Below, one piece after another: positions 10,165 through 19,938 of a DNA stretch of 64,000 nt (its first letter is position 1; the number at the start of each line of letters is the position of its first letter). The notes under the pieces are model-generated. The model saw only the letters and a program-made list of their open reading frames with translations, was not told the origin of the DNA and searched no databases. The translations under genes and the position numbers were made by a program. The DNA is from Nanobdellota archaeon (GTDB lineage: Archaea; Aenigmatarchaeota; Aenigmatarchaeia; QMZP01). The stretch is from the NCBI GenBank assembly GCA_018816245.1, contig JAHIVW010000003.1, forward strand, positions 321,453 through 385,452. Direction: 5' to 3'.

Positions 10165-10677
10165 ATGGGTCAGCTCCTCCTTGTTGACGAATGTCTCACA
10201 CCAAACAGGCAGATTGCAATGACGTATTCTGGTCCAGATCCGTGGGGGATTGCAAAAAAGATTGCTGATAACCTCAAACCATATTTCCATGTCAGCTCGT
10301 CCAAGAACGGAAGACAGCGGATCAACTGGGACGATGCCATGGATCCCATTACCTTCTATGCACGCTGGTGGGTCATGCGACCGAAATCTCGGTTCACAGC
10401 ATTCTGGATCGAAATGTGGGTTATTGGAAACAAAAGCAAGGTCAACAACACCGGTGAATTTACGCTCTACATGGAAGGGAAAACCAAAACAGAGGTCTCG
10501 GGATGGGGGATTTTGTTGCGACCCTTTTGGTTGATGTATTCCTACTTCTACTACGATCGTGTCCGTCGGCAGTACATCGAAAGCTGCAGAAACCAGATTC
10601 TGAACTTCCGAAATGAAATTAAAGAACACTTTGGTTTGGCAAAGACAGAAGTGCCGGTCCATGGTGTCTACGCATAA
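10165..10677 (+). CDS. Hypothetical protein, paralog of 9641..10162
   Basis: GGAGGTG SD before ATG 10165. Confidence 0.75.
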   Translation: MGQLLLVDECLTPNRQIAMTYSGPDPWGIAKKIADNLKPYFHVSSSKNGRQRINWDDAMDPITFYARWWVMRPKSRFTAFWIEMWVIGNKSKVNNTGEFTLYMEGKTKTEVSGWGILLRPFWLMYSYFYYDRVRRQYIESCRNQILNFRNEIKEHFGLAKTEVPVHGVYA

Positions 10678-10679
10678 CT

Positions 10680-10991
10680 ATGGGCTATCCACCACTCACC
10701 CAGGGGAGCACGATCCTCCGTGGTTTCCTTGGCGGCGGGCTTATTGTTGCTGGACTTATGAACCCTTGGGGACTCGCTCTCCAAGCTGTTCTCTTCGTCC
10801 TCGGTGTTTTCATCTTGTTTGAGAGTTGCATGCGGCAAAACGGCGGCGTCTATATTCTCACTGCAGTTTTAACGGCGATCGTCAGCGGCATCATCATGGC
10901 GTTCCTTAGCTTGCTCGGCTGGAGTTGGATCTTGGCCGCGCTCTTTGTTATCGGTGCCGTGCTCCTTCTGGTGAAACGGTTCACCCACTAG
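10680..10991 (+). CDS. Small 4-TM membrane protein
   Basis: Hydrophobic throughout; 2-nt gap to the previous gene. Confidence 0.65.
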   Translation: MGYPPLTQGSTILRGFLGGGLIVAGLMNPWGLALQAVLFVLGVFILFESCMRQNGGVYILTAVLTAIVSGIIMAFLSLLGWSWILAALFVIGAVLLLVKRFTH

Positions 10992-11024
10992 TCTTTTAAA
11001 TTCTGCAATGAACAGGATGCAACC

Positions 11025-11098
11025 GGGACCGTGGTGCAGTTTGGTTAACATTCGAGGCTGGGGGCCTCGCGACCTGGGTTCAAATCCCAGCGGTCCCA
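11025..11098 (+). tRNA. tRNA-Pro(GGG), no intron, CCA not encoded
   Basis: Acceptor GGGACCG/CGGTCCC; anticodon arm CGAGG-CTGGGGG-CCTCG; T arm CTGGG-TTCAAAT-CCCAG. Confidence 0.96.
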
Positions 11099-11099
11099 T

Positions 11100-11540
11100 T
11101 CACCGAACGAGCATCGGGCCTTCTTTGAGCGTATTGAGAATGAGTTTGGTGTGGGTTTGCTCAACAAAATCAAAGGTCTGCAACTCTTTAATAAAGACAT
11201 CAAGCGAGCGTTTGTTTCTGAAGCGTGCCAAGACCGTACAGTCAGAGATGCCAGTGTGATCGTATACGGCAAGGACATTCACATTCGTAGCAACCCGCTT
11301 CTCAACTTCTAATAACTTTCCCTTTGCAATCCGCAGTTCGATTAGAACGTGAAGTTCATACCCAAGTTTGTCGTAGTTGATTGTTGTGGTATAGCCGTTC
11401 ACAATGCCATCGTGTTCAAGCTTGTTTACTCGGTTCATCACCGTTGCCACAGAAACACCGATCCGCTTCGCAATCTGTCGATAGGAAAGCCTCCCGTTTT
11501 TGATCAGCACATTGAGAATTTTCCTGTCTGTTGCGTCCAT
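11100..11540 (-). CDS. Lrp/AsnC family transcriptional regulator
   Basis: MDATDRKILNVL..NGRLSYRQIAKRIGVS..TV.NRV.KLE..GIV HTH plus RAM domain. Confidence 0.93.
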   Translation of the reverse strand: MDATDRKILNVLIKNGRLSYRQIAKRIGVSVATVMNRVNKLEHDGIVNGYTTTINYDKLGYELHVLIELRIAKGKLLEVEKRVATNVNVLAVYDHTGISDCTVLARFRNKRSLDVFIKELQTFDFVEQTHTKLILNTLKEGPMLVR

Positions 11541-11688
11541 GACCTCTTCACCGTTTGTTTACTATTTCACTAATTTACCTCGCTAGATTAAACATTTTTC
11601 TATCTTTTTTCTTTTATTTTTGACATTTGTTTGTTTTTTCCCCTTCAGTATTAAATACTTTAAAATCACCTTTTCTGAAGGGGATTGT

Positions 11689-13101
11689 GTGTCGAAACCG
11701 TCGCCATCGTTGCTTTCACAGGTAACCCAAAGCGGGGCACAGATTGTTGATTTTCACTTTGTGGATATCCTCGGGCAACTGCACCACAAAAGTATCCCGG
11801 CATCGAATCTCGAAGCGGTTTTGCAGTATGGGGAAGGGATTGACGGATCGAGCATCGCTGGATTCCAAGCAATCCACGAATCTGATATGCTCCTCTTCCC
11901 GGACAAGCATGCTGCTCATTTTCTTGACCCCTTTACCGCGATACCGACATATGTTGTGTTGTGCAGTGTGAAAACACCAGATGGTGACGACTATGAAAAA
12001 GATTCACGAACCATTGCACAACGCGCTGAACGGTATCTTGTGAAGACAGGAATCGCAGAGAAGAGTTTCTGGGGACCAGAGGCAGAGTTCTTCATTTTGA
12101 ATCATCTCTCGTTTGATCAGGGAGCTCATTTTGCTCACTATCTTGTTGACTCAGAAGAAGGGATCTGGAACTCTGGGAAGAACGGTCAACCAAACCTTGG
12201 CCATCGCCCGGGATTCAAGAAAGGGTATTTCCCGTCGCCTCCTATCGATAGCCTTCATGATATTCGGTCAGATATGATGCTGACGTTGAATCGTGTTGGA
12301 GTTCAAACAGAAGCGCATCACCACGAAGTTGCGAGCGGAGGGCAGTCAGAAATTTCAATACAATACGACAGCCTCCTCCGGATGGCGGATAAAACCGTTC
12401 TCTACAAATATATCGTTAAGAATGTTGCCCGTCGGCATGGACGGACAGCAACATTCATGCCCAAGATTCTGTTCGGTGATAATGGGAGCGGCATGCATAC
12501 CCACATCAGCTTGTGGCAGGGAGGAACGCCTCTTTTTTATGAACAAGGTCGGTACGCAGACCTCTCCGAAGCGGCAGAATACTTCATTGGTGGTATCCTG
12601 CGCCATACACCCGCGTTGCTTGCGTTCGTTGCCCCAACGACAAACTCTTATAAACGCCTCGTGCCCGGGTTTGAGGCACCGATCAATCTCGTCTATTCAC
12701 AACGAAACCGGTCTGCGGCAATCAGAATTCCAATGTGTTCCACTCCTGCAGCGAAGCGGATCGAATTCCGTGTTCCAGACCCAAGCTGCAACCCCTATCT
12801 TGCCTTTTCCGCGATCTTATTGGCAGGCATCGACGGAATACAAAATAAGATAAAACCACCGGCACCTATTGACAAGAATACCTACGAGCTTCCGGCCACA
12901 GACCGCCTGCACCTCGCAACACTCCCGAGGAGCCTCGAGCGGGCACTCGAGTTGGTAGATCAGGACAGCACGTTTCTTCGAAAGGGTGGTGTCTTTTCCA
13001 AGGATTTCATTCAGAGTTACCTTGCATTAAAGTGGCTGGAGGTTCATGAGGTTGGGTGCCGGCCACATCCCCAAGAGTTCGCTCTCTATTCTCATATATA
13101 G
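11689..13101 (+). CDS. glnA: Glutamine synthetase type I (GSI-beta-like)
   Basis: DGSSI.GF, GPEAEFF, HHHEVA..GQ.EI, TFMPK...GDNGSGMHTH, NSYKRLVPGFEAP, RIEFRVPDPSCNPY; GTG start inferred. Confidence 0.96.
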   Translation: MSKPSPSLLSQVTQSGAQIVDFHFVDILGQLHHKSIPASNLEAVLQYGEGIDGSSIAGFQAIHESDMLLFPDKHAAHFLDPFTAIPTYVVLCSVKTPDGDDYEKDSRTIAQRAERYLVKTGIAEKSFWGPEAEFFILNHLSFDQGAHFAHYLVDSEEGIWNSGKNGQPNLGHRPGFKKGYFPSPPIDSLHDIRSDMMLTLNRVGVQTEAHHHEVASGGQSEISIQYDSLLRMADKTVLYKYIVKNVARRHGRTATFMPKILFGDNGSGMHTHISLWQGGTPLFYEQGRYADLSEAAEYFIGGILRHTPALLAFVAPTTNSYKRLVPGFEAPINLVYSQRNRSAAIRIPMCSTPAAKRIEFRVPDPSCNPYLAFSAILLAGIDGIQNKIKPPAPIDKNTYELPATDRLHLATLPRSLERALELVDQDSTFLRKGGVFSKDFIQSYLALKWLEVHEVGCRPHPQEFALYSHI

Positions 13102-13123
13102 GTTGACGGATCAATCATACTCG

Positions 13124-14911
13124 ATGCGACACGAACGAATTGCAATTATTGATAGGGAGATGTGTAAACCGAAGGTGTGCGATTGGTACCTCTGTCAGCG
13201 TGTCTGTCCTGTTGAACGTTCAGGAACCGAATGCATCACGGTTTCAGAAACCGATAAAAAACCGTTCATTAATGAGGAGACCTGCATCAGTTGCATGATT
13301 TGTGTCAAAAAATGTCCTACCAAAGCTATTAATATCGTCAATCTTCCCCATGAACTTGATGAACCTCCTGTCCATCGCTATGGAAAGAACGAGTTTGCCC
13401 TCTATCGGTTGCCAATTCCTGAAAAGAATGCCGTTGTTGGGCTTATTGGTCCAAATGGTGTGGGCAAGTCAACGGTAATGAATATCCTTGCTGGTGCACT
13501 CCAACCAAACAGCGGCGTCCTTGAACGAAAAACAGCAGAGTGGAAAGAATTGATTACCCAGTTCAAAGGAAGTGAACTCCAAGCATACTTGGAACGTGTT
13601 GCTGCTAAACAAATTCGTTCTGCGTATAAACCGCAAGCCGTTGATCAAATTCCTCTTATCTGGAAAGGGACTGTTCAAGAGATGCTGGCAACGCTTTCAG
13701 AGAAAAAACGAGTTGTCGATGCTGTCAAGAAGCTTGGGATTGGTCATTTACTGGGAAAAGAAGTAAAGGGACTTTCTGGTGGAGAGCTGCAGCTCCTCGC
13801 CATCGCCGCAACCATCGCCCGGGATGCTGATTTCTACTTTTTTGATGAACCATCCAGCTATCTCGATGTATATGAACGGTTGCGTGCAGCCGGAGCTATC
13901 CGCGAATTAGCAAAACATTCCATTGTGCTTGTTGTTGAGCATGATCTTGCTGTTGCCGATTATCTTGCGGACACGGTTCATGTATTATACGGAGAACCGG
14001 CTGTCTATGGTATTGTGTCCCATCCGCAGGCTGTTCGGAATGGGATCAACTCCTATCTTGATGGCTATTTACCAAGCGAGAATGTTAGGATCCGCCCTGA
14101 AGCTATCCGATTTGACTTGCGTGCAAAAGAAACACAAAAGAGCAAAGTGTTCATGACTTTCCCGGAGTTGGCCAAGACCTTTCCTGGATTTCAACTGCGA
14201 ACCTCCGCAGGAAGTGTGTATAAAGGTGAAGTCATTGGTATCATTGGACCGAACGGTATTGGAAAAACAACCTTCATCAAACTCCTTGCCGGTGAACTGG
14301 CTTCTGATACCGGAACACCTCTTCCAACGATGCGGCTCTCATATAAACCGCAGCGATTGATTCTCACCAACGAAGAAGAAGCGTTCACGGTTCATGAATT
14401 TTTGAGTGAGACGACTGACAGTCTCTCCACCACTGAAGCAAAGCGACTGCTTCGGCTTCTTGGTATCGAGAAACGGTTTGAGAAAATCATGAGCAACTTG
14501 TCCGGCGGAGAGTTACAAGCCGTGTTTATTGCCCGGGCGCTCCTGGCTCCCCATGACATGCTGCTTCTCGATGAGCCTTCGGCATTTCTTGATGTTGAAC
14601 AGCGGCTCGTTGTTGCAAAAATCCTCCGATCCTATACCGAGGACAGACAGATCCCTGCCTTCCTTGTGGATCACGATCTCCAATTTATTGATGTGATTTC
14701 CGACCGGCTTATGGTTTTTGAAGGAGAACGAGGGAAGATGGGCACAGGGAACGCTCCAACTGACCTGACACAAGGAATGAATACCTTCCTCAAGCAACTG
14801 GGGGTAACCTTCAGACGCGATCCGAGCACCGGGCGGCCCCGGGCAAACAAACCAGGATCACAGAAGGACCAGGAACAGAAACAACACGAAGCCTACTTTT
14901 ACGCTTCATGA
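13124..14911 (+). CDS. ABCE1 (RLI) ribosome recycling ATPase
   Basis: N-terminal Fe-S cysteines; two NBDs (GPNGVGKS, GPNGIGKT, LSGGELQ); TFRRDP.TGRPRANK hinge. Confidence 0.97.
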   Translation: MRHERIAIIDREMCKPKVCDWYLCQRVCPVERSGTECITVSETDKKPFINEETCISCMICVKKCPTKAINIVNLPHELDEPPVHRYGKNEFALYRLPIPEKNAVVGLIGPNGVGKSTVMNILAGALQPNSGVLERKTAEWKELITQFKGSELQAYLERVAAKQIRSAYKPQAVDQIPLIWKGTVQEMLATLSEKKRVVDAVKKLGIGHLLGKEVKGLSGGELQLLAIAATIARDADFYFFDEPSSYLDVYERLRAAGAIRELAKHSIVLVVEHDLAVADYLADTVHVLYGEPAVYGIVSHPQAVRNGINSYLDGYLPSENVRIRPEAIRFDLRAKETQKSKVFMTFPELAKTFPGFQLRTSAGSVYKGEVIGIIGPNGIGKTTFIKLLAGELASDTGTPLPTMRLSYKPQRLILTNEEEAFTVHEFLSETTDSLSTTEAKRLLRLLGIEKRFEKIMSNLSGGELQAVFIARALLAPHDMLLLDEPSAFLDVEQRLVVAKILRSYTEDRQIPAFLVDHDLQFIDVISDRLMVFEGERGKMGTGNAPTDLTQGMNTFLKQLGVTFRRDPSTGRPRANKPGSQKDQEQKQHEAYFYAS

Positions 14912-14943
14912 ACCTTTTTAATATTGACCCCCCTATCTCGATT

Positions 14944-15522
14944 ATGAAAGCACTTCTCCTCACGCTCATTGTTACCGGTCTGGTTCTGGTTTCAGGAGCA
15001 CAGGCCTGTACGTGCGTCCCGCCGGGAACCCCCTCCGAGGAACTCGTCCATACAGATATGATCTTCGCGGGAACTGTCATCGAACTTGAAAAAATGGTTC
15101 TTGACGGTAATCTCAAGGCAACCTTCCTCGTCCACACCGTCTGGAAGGGTGTTGAAGATCGCCTGATAACGATTGCAACGAGCGGTTCTGAGGAGGCCTG
15201 TGGCTTCCCCTTTGAGCAAGGAAAGGCGTATCTTGTCTACGCTGATGGGGTCACTGACTTTAGCACGAGCAGTTGTTCCCGAACTGCGTTGTTGGGTACT
15301 GCCCAACTCGATCTCGAAGAGCTCGGTCAGGGGACGCAATTCGACGCACCAGAAGAGACGTCGCCATTTGGAATCAACGCTGACTCCTTGGTCCCCCTGC
15401 TTCTCGGTGTTGTTATTATTGTTGTGATTCTTGCAATCATCGCCGGAGTTGTTATCAAAAAACGGGGGATCATACTCCCTAATATTTCACCACATTTGAA
15501 GCACCAAACAATGAATTTATAA
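14944..15522 (+). CDS. Membrane-anchored TIMP/NTR-like domain protein
   Basis: Signal peptide then CTCVPP; IFAGTV, ACGFPF..GKAYLVYA, SCSRT; C-terminal TM helix. Confidence 0.7.
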   Translation: MKALLLTLIVTGLVLVSGAQACTCVPPGTPSEELVHTDMIFAGTVIELEKMVLDGNLKATFLVHTVWKGVEDRLITIATSGSEEACGFPFEQGKAYLVYADGVTDFSTSSCSRTALLGTAQLDLEELGQGTQFDAPEETSPFGINADSLVPLLLGVVIIVVILAIIAGVVIKKRGIILPNISPHLKHQTMNL

Positions 15523-15551
15523 ACTCAGCTCCCTATACGTCTCATTGTCTT

Positions 15552-16691
15552 ATGAAACACCTTCTTTTGGTCGCCTGTATTGTATTCTTGCTCCTTCCAA
15601 CAATCGGAGCAGCGCAGATTCCGAGTATTACGATTGAGGACGTCAGCCCACAACCTGTGGAACCAGGAAAGAATGTAACTATCGTTACCAAATTTGTGAG
15701 TAAGGAACAAGCAATAATGGATTTCACACTTGATCTTGTGATGCCTGACTCGTTTACGCTCATTTCAAAAGATGGTGTTCTTGGAGAAACAAGCATCTGC
15801 GGATTCTGCACACAACAGAAAACGTATATCGTCGCCATTGGCTCGTCAACGATCTCAGGCACCTACATTTTGCAACTCAAAGGATCGTCAGGAACCTTTA
15901 GTGTAACTGCTCCGATTACGGTTCAGGTCACGGGAAACCCAAATCTCCTTGTGGCAACTGACCAGGACAATCTTGGGAAACTTGTTGCAGGCTCGCCGTT
16001 CAGCCTTGATGTTGTCATTACCAATATTGGGACTGCGGTTGCGAGTGAGGTAACCGTTGCTCCTTCATCAACGAACTTTATCCCTCTTGGCGGGGCTACG
16101 AAGAGTGTTGGGATCATTGCACCTGGGAAGAGTAAAACAGTGACATTTAATCTGCTTGTTGGTGAGAGTGTGAGTCCGAACGCCTATTCGTTGCCGATGA
16201 ACATCTCTTATGTTGATGATGAAGGGAACGCGGTGAGTGTTCTTTCTTCCATTGGAGTGCTCGTGATTAATGCCGGGCAGCTCTCTCTTCAGAGCATGAA
16301 GATTGCAACGCAACTCGGAAGCCCGTCTATCTCGGCGGCTGATTCCTTTACGATGATCGCCCGAATCGAGAATGTTGGCCACGGAACAGCAGACTTCATC
16401 ACCACGGAAATTCACTGCTCCTTTGATGGCGGCAGCAAGAAATCATATCTCGGATCACTTGATGAAGGAGAAGATGCTCCTGCTGTTTTTGATTTCCTTC
16501 CAGCGCAAGCAGGCGATCACTCCTGTGATCTGACGGTTTCCTATGCCGATGACCTCGGAGAACATTCGTTTACAGAAAGCATCATGTTTACCATTAGCCC
16601 GGTTGATTATACAGGAGTATTCGTCCTTATCGTTATCATCCTTGTTATTGCTTACTACCTCTACCAACGACGTCAGAAAGGGAAGAAGTAA
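15552..16691 (+). CDS. S-layer-domain (COG1361-like, Ig/CARDB repeats) membrane-anchored protein
   Basis: Signal peptide; PQPVEPG, NIGTAVA and NVGHGTA beta-sandwich repeats; C-terminal TM plus basic tail. Confidence 0.75.
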   Translation: MKHLLLVACIVFLLLPTIGAAQIPSITIEDVSPQPVEPGKNVTIVTKFVSKEQAIMDFTLDLVMPDSFTLISKDGVLGETSICGFCTQQKTYIVAIGSSTISGTYILQLKGSSGTFSVTAPITVQVTGNPNLLVATDQDNLGKLVAGSPFSLDVVITNIGTAVASEVTVAPSSTNFIPLGGATKSVGIIAPGKSKTVTFNLLVGESVSPNAYSLPMNISYVDDEGNAVSVLSSIGVLVINAGQLSLQSMKIATQLGSPSISAADSFTMIARIENVGHGTADFITTEIHCSFDGGSKKSYLGSLDEGEDAPAVFDFLPAQAGDHSCDLTVSYADDLGEHSFTESIMFTISPVDYTGVFVLIVIILVIAYYLYQRRQKGKK

Positions 16692-16706
16692 CGGGGAGGT
16701 TACTGT

Positions 16707-17984
16707 ATGAGCGGATCACGTGCAGTGTTCTTTCTTGCAGTTCGCGATCTCAAGCGAGATCGGAAAATCTTTGGATTAGTGATCTTTCTCCTCATTTTCT
16801 CATATATTAATCTGACATTCTTTCCCGCATTCTTGAATGGGCTTTCAAACACGTTCCAAGATGAAATTGTTGATACCGGAACAAGTCACATTCTGCTCCA
16901 GCCTGCGTCAGGGAGGGAGTACCTTGACTCGGTGAAGAATATTCAGCAGAAGATTGAACTGATTCCTGGTGTCGTTGCAACGAGCACACACATCGGAGGG
17001 TCGGCTTCTCTTGCTGTCGATGGAGCGACCGCTGGCAAGAAACCAGGCCCTGCAACACCAGTAACAAGCGGGCTATCGCTTGGGGCACAGGTTATGGGTC
17101 TGACTCCATCAGAGGATCAATATGTCACTCCTATTTCCCAGCGAATCGTTTCCGGAGACTGGCTCTCAGATGACGATACGGACAAAGTTGTTCTTGGTCT
17201 CTATATTGCAGGTGAACGGCTCGAGGACAAGATCGGGGAAACAACATTATTCGGTACACTTATGGAAGGGCTTGGTGGAGTCCAGCCAGGTGATGTCGTA
17301 CAAGCGACCTTTACCAATGGAGTTGTCAAGAACTACAAGGTGAAAGGAATTGTTCATAGTGAAGGATTTAGTTTTGTATCACAGACCGCTTACTTCACCA
17401 CCAAGGAACTTGAAGATGTGTACGGATTACACGATCAGGCGAGTTCGATTCTTGTCCGGCTCAATGATCCCGAGAATGCGGACAAAGTGAAGACATTTAT
17501 TATCGGCTTGGGAATCAAGCAAGCAGACATCCTCACTTGGAAGGAAGCAAGTAACTTTGCCGAAGGACTGAGTCAGACCTTCGGGATCGTGAATGTTGTG
17601 ACAAATATTGTGGGGATTGTGATTGTTCTTGCCACAGTCAGCATTGTCATTTTCATCAACACAGCGCGGAAGAAGCGGATTATCGGTGTATTGAAGGCAA
17701 TCGGACTTCGAGAATCGCTCGTTCTTCGCGTGTTCCTTGTTGAGTCGCTTATCTTTGGGGTTATCGGTTCACTTGGCGGGATGGCCATTATGGGGATCCT
17801 GCTTTCGTTTTTCAAGGCAAGTCCGATTGTTCTTCCAATTGGGCTCCTCACACCAGTAGTCGGACCTGATATCTTCTTTGGATCAGCATTCATCATTATC
17901 TTTATCTCGCTCTTCGGTGGGTACTTCCCGTCTCGGCTCGCATCCCGGGCGGACATCATCGACAGTTTAAAGGTGGTCGAATGA
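16707..17984 (+). CDS. ABC transporter permease, MacB/FtsX/LolE family
   Basis: 4-TM topology with large extracellular domain; RIIGVLKAIG. Confidence 0.9.
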   Translation: MSGSRAVFFLAVRDLKRDRKIFGLVIFLLIFSYINLTFFPAFLNGLSNTFQDEIVDTGTSHILLQPASGREYLDSVKNIQQKIELIPGVVATSTHIGGSASLAVDGATAGKKPGPATPVTSGLSLGAQVMGLTPSEDQYVTPISQRIVSGDWLSDDDTDKVVLGLYIAGERLEDKIGETTLFGTLMEGLGGVQPGDVVQATFTNGVVKNYKVKGIVHSEGFSFVSQTAYFTTKELEDVYGLHDQASSILVRLNDPENADKVKTFIIGLGIKQADILTWKEASNFAEGLSQTFGIVNVVTNIVGIVIVLATVSIVIFINTARKKRIIGVLKAIGLRESLVLRVFLVESLIFGVIGSLGGMAIMGILLSFFKASPIVLPIGLLTPVVGPDIFFGSAFIIIFISLFGGYFPSRLASRADIIDSLKVVE

Positions 17985-18658
17985 TCGATCTCAAAGATGT
18001 GTGGCGGATTTATGACATGGGTGAGGTCAAGGTTCCAGCACTCCAGGGAATTGATTTCACTGTAAAGAAGGGAGAGTTTGTTTCTGTCATGGGACGGTCA
18101 GGTTCAGGGAAGAGTACCCTCCTCCACATCGCCGGAGTGTTGGATCGCCAGACAAAAGGAAGTGTCAGGATTGAGGGGACAAATGTCTTGACACTTACTG
18201 AACGGCAGCGAACTCTTTTCAGACTCGATAAAATTGGGTTTGTCTTCCAGTTCTATTCCCTGCTCCCTGAACTTACGGCAGTCGAAAATGTCATGCTCCC
18301 GCAACTCATCATTGGGGAGACCCGTGAACACGCCCACAAGCAAGCAAAGAAGGTGATGGATCTTCTGGAAATTGGCAAGCGATTGAACAACTACCCACAT
18401 CAACTCTCGGGTGGGGAACAGCAACGAGTCGGTATTGCCCGGGCGCTTGTCAACGATCCTCTTATTCTCTTCGCAGACGAACCAACTGCTTCCTTGGATA
18501 CAACCTCCGCAAAGATTGTGATAGAAGCCTTCCGAAAGCTTCATGAAGAACGAGGACAAACCACGATAATGATCACCCACGAGGAAGCGCTTGGTCGCGA
18601 GGCAGAGCGGGGCGTCTGGTTGAAGGACGGAAAGATTGAGAAGGAAAAGCGGTTCTAA
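17981..18658 (+). CDS. ABC transporter ATP-binding protein (LolD/MacB-like)
   Basis: GRSGSGKS, LSGGEQQRV, ADEPT. Confidence 0.95.
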   Translation: MIDLKDVWRIYDMGEVKVPALQGIDFTVKKGEFVSVMGRSGSGKSTLLHIAGVLDRQTKGSVRIEGTNVLTLTERQRTLFRLDKIGFVFQFYSLLPELTAVENVMLPQLIIGETREHAHKQAKKVMDLLEIGKRLNNYPHQLSGGEQQRVGIARALVNDPLILFADEPTASLDTTSAKIVIEAFRKLHEERGQTTIMITHEEALGREAERGVWLKDGKIEKEKRF

Positions 18659-18698
18659 ATCAACCATACATGTATAAAGCTGGTTGTCAACTCTCAAG

Positions 18699-19178
18699 AT
18701 GACCAAAATCGTCAAGATTGAAACCACCACACTCGAGCCGTTTGAGAAGGATGCACGGATTGTTTCTATCGGGATCAAGGACACCCAGACAGGGGATGTC
18801 ATCATTCTCGCCGAGCAGGACGAACGGTTCCTCCTTGAGCAGTTCTGGAAGCAGGTCACTGATCGTGTTATTGGATTCAACTTTGATTTTGATTACCGGT
18901 GGCTCATTGTCCGTTCATTGAAACATCAGGTACCGGTGCAGCAACTTGTAGTGACGGACCTGCGGACGGTCCTCGGTCTTGGGAAGAAATTCGCTCCCGG
19001 AAAGCTGGAAGAGTTTGCAGAACTGATCGGCGAAGGTCGTGAGAAGTTCCACAGCCGGGAGATCCCCATTCTCTGGAAGCTGGGGAAACTGGAAGAGATC
19101 AAGTCATTCAACCAAGCCGACCTCGAACTAATTGAAAAACTCTACGAACGGATGAAGGTCATTGGATTGCTTCGGTGA
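18699..19178 (+). CDS. RNase H-like/DEDD 3'-5' exonuclease-fold protein, ExoI Asp substituted
   Basis: KIETT (cf. DIETT), IGFN..FD, FNQAD motifs. Confidence 0.65.
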   Translation: MTKIVKIETTTLEPFEKDARIVSIGIKDTQTGDVIILAEQDERFLLEQFWKQVTDRVIGFNFDFDYRWLIVRSLKHQVPVQQLVVTDLRTVLGLGKKFAPGKLEEFAELIGEGREKFHSREIPILWKLGKLEEIKSFNQADLELIEKLYERMKVIGLLR

Positions 19179-19182
19179 GGAT

Positions 19183-19725
19183 ATGATTATCACTATCTCG
19201 GGGCTAGCGGGTTCAGGAAAAAGTACGGCCGCAAAACTTCTTGCTAAGAAGCTCGACTACAAACACTACTCTATTGGCGACATGCGGGGTGAGATGGCAA
19301 AAGAACGTGGGATGTCCCTGGAAGAATTCAACATGCTTGGAGAAAAAGAGGCGTTTACTGATAAGGAAGTTGATGACTACCTCAAGAATGTGCTCGGGAA
19401 GCAGGACAACCTCGTGATTGATGGCCGGCTCGGCTTCTTTTTCATTCCCCACTCAGTGAAGATTTTCTTGATTGCTGACCTTGAGGAGCGAGCTAGGCGA
19501 GTTTTCTCTCATGAACGAGTTGATGAGCATTTTGAAAGCGTTGAAGCTGCAAAGAAATCCCTGCAAGCACGGGAACGGTCTGATACTTTTCGGTACCAGA
19601 AATACTATCACGTTGACTGGACTGAGCCCAAACACTTTGACCTGATTGTTGACACCACCCACATCCAACCCGAGGAGACGCTTGAGAAGATTCTGACGTT
19701 CCTTAAGAAAAAGGGAACAATATAA
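19183..19725 (+). CDS. cmk: Cytidylate kinase, archaeal type
   Basis: IITISGLAGSGKST, DGRLG, RYQKYY, FDLIVDTT. Confidence 0.92.
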   Translation: MIITISGLAGSGKSTAAKLLAKKLDYKHYSIGDMRGEMAKERGMSLEEFNMLGEKEAFTDKEVDDYLKNVLGKQDNLVIDGRLGFFFIPHSVKIFLIADLEERARRVFSHERVDEHFESVEAAKKSLQARERSDTFRYQKYYHVDWTEPKHFDLIVDTTHIQPEETLEKILTFLKKKGTI

Positions 19726-19748
19726 GGCGTCGCCACCGAGAGAAGGAT

Positions 19749-19937
19749 ATGCCAAAGCGACGAGCACGACAACGAGCAAAGAAAGAAAAGGTCAGCTCAG
19801 GAACAGCATTCGTTGGGTTCCTGTTTTTGGGACTCGCGTTCGGGATTCTCTACAACCAAGTCGCCGTTGGTGTCCTGGTAGGGCTTGGCCTCGGCTTCCT
19901 TGCAATGGTTGTTCTGCAGTACAAGGGATTCGAGTAA
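19749..19937 (+). CDS. Small 2-TM protein
   Basis: Basic N-terminus and Gly-rich helices; GAAGGA SD. Confidence 0.55.
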   Translation: MPKRRARQRAKKEKVSSGTAFVGFLFLGLAFGILYNQVAVGVLVGLGLGFLAMVVLQYKGFE

Positions 19938-19938
19938 G

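Noticed and set aside
11025..11098. tRNA-Pro as an integration (att) site
   Set aside because: No duplicated tRNA 3' fragment or integrase was found in the window
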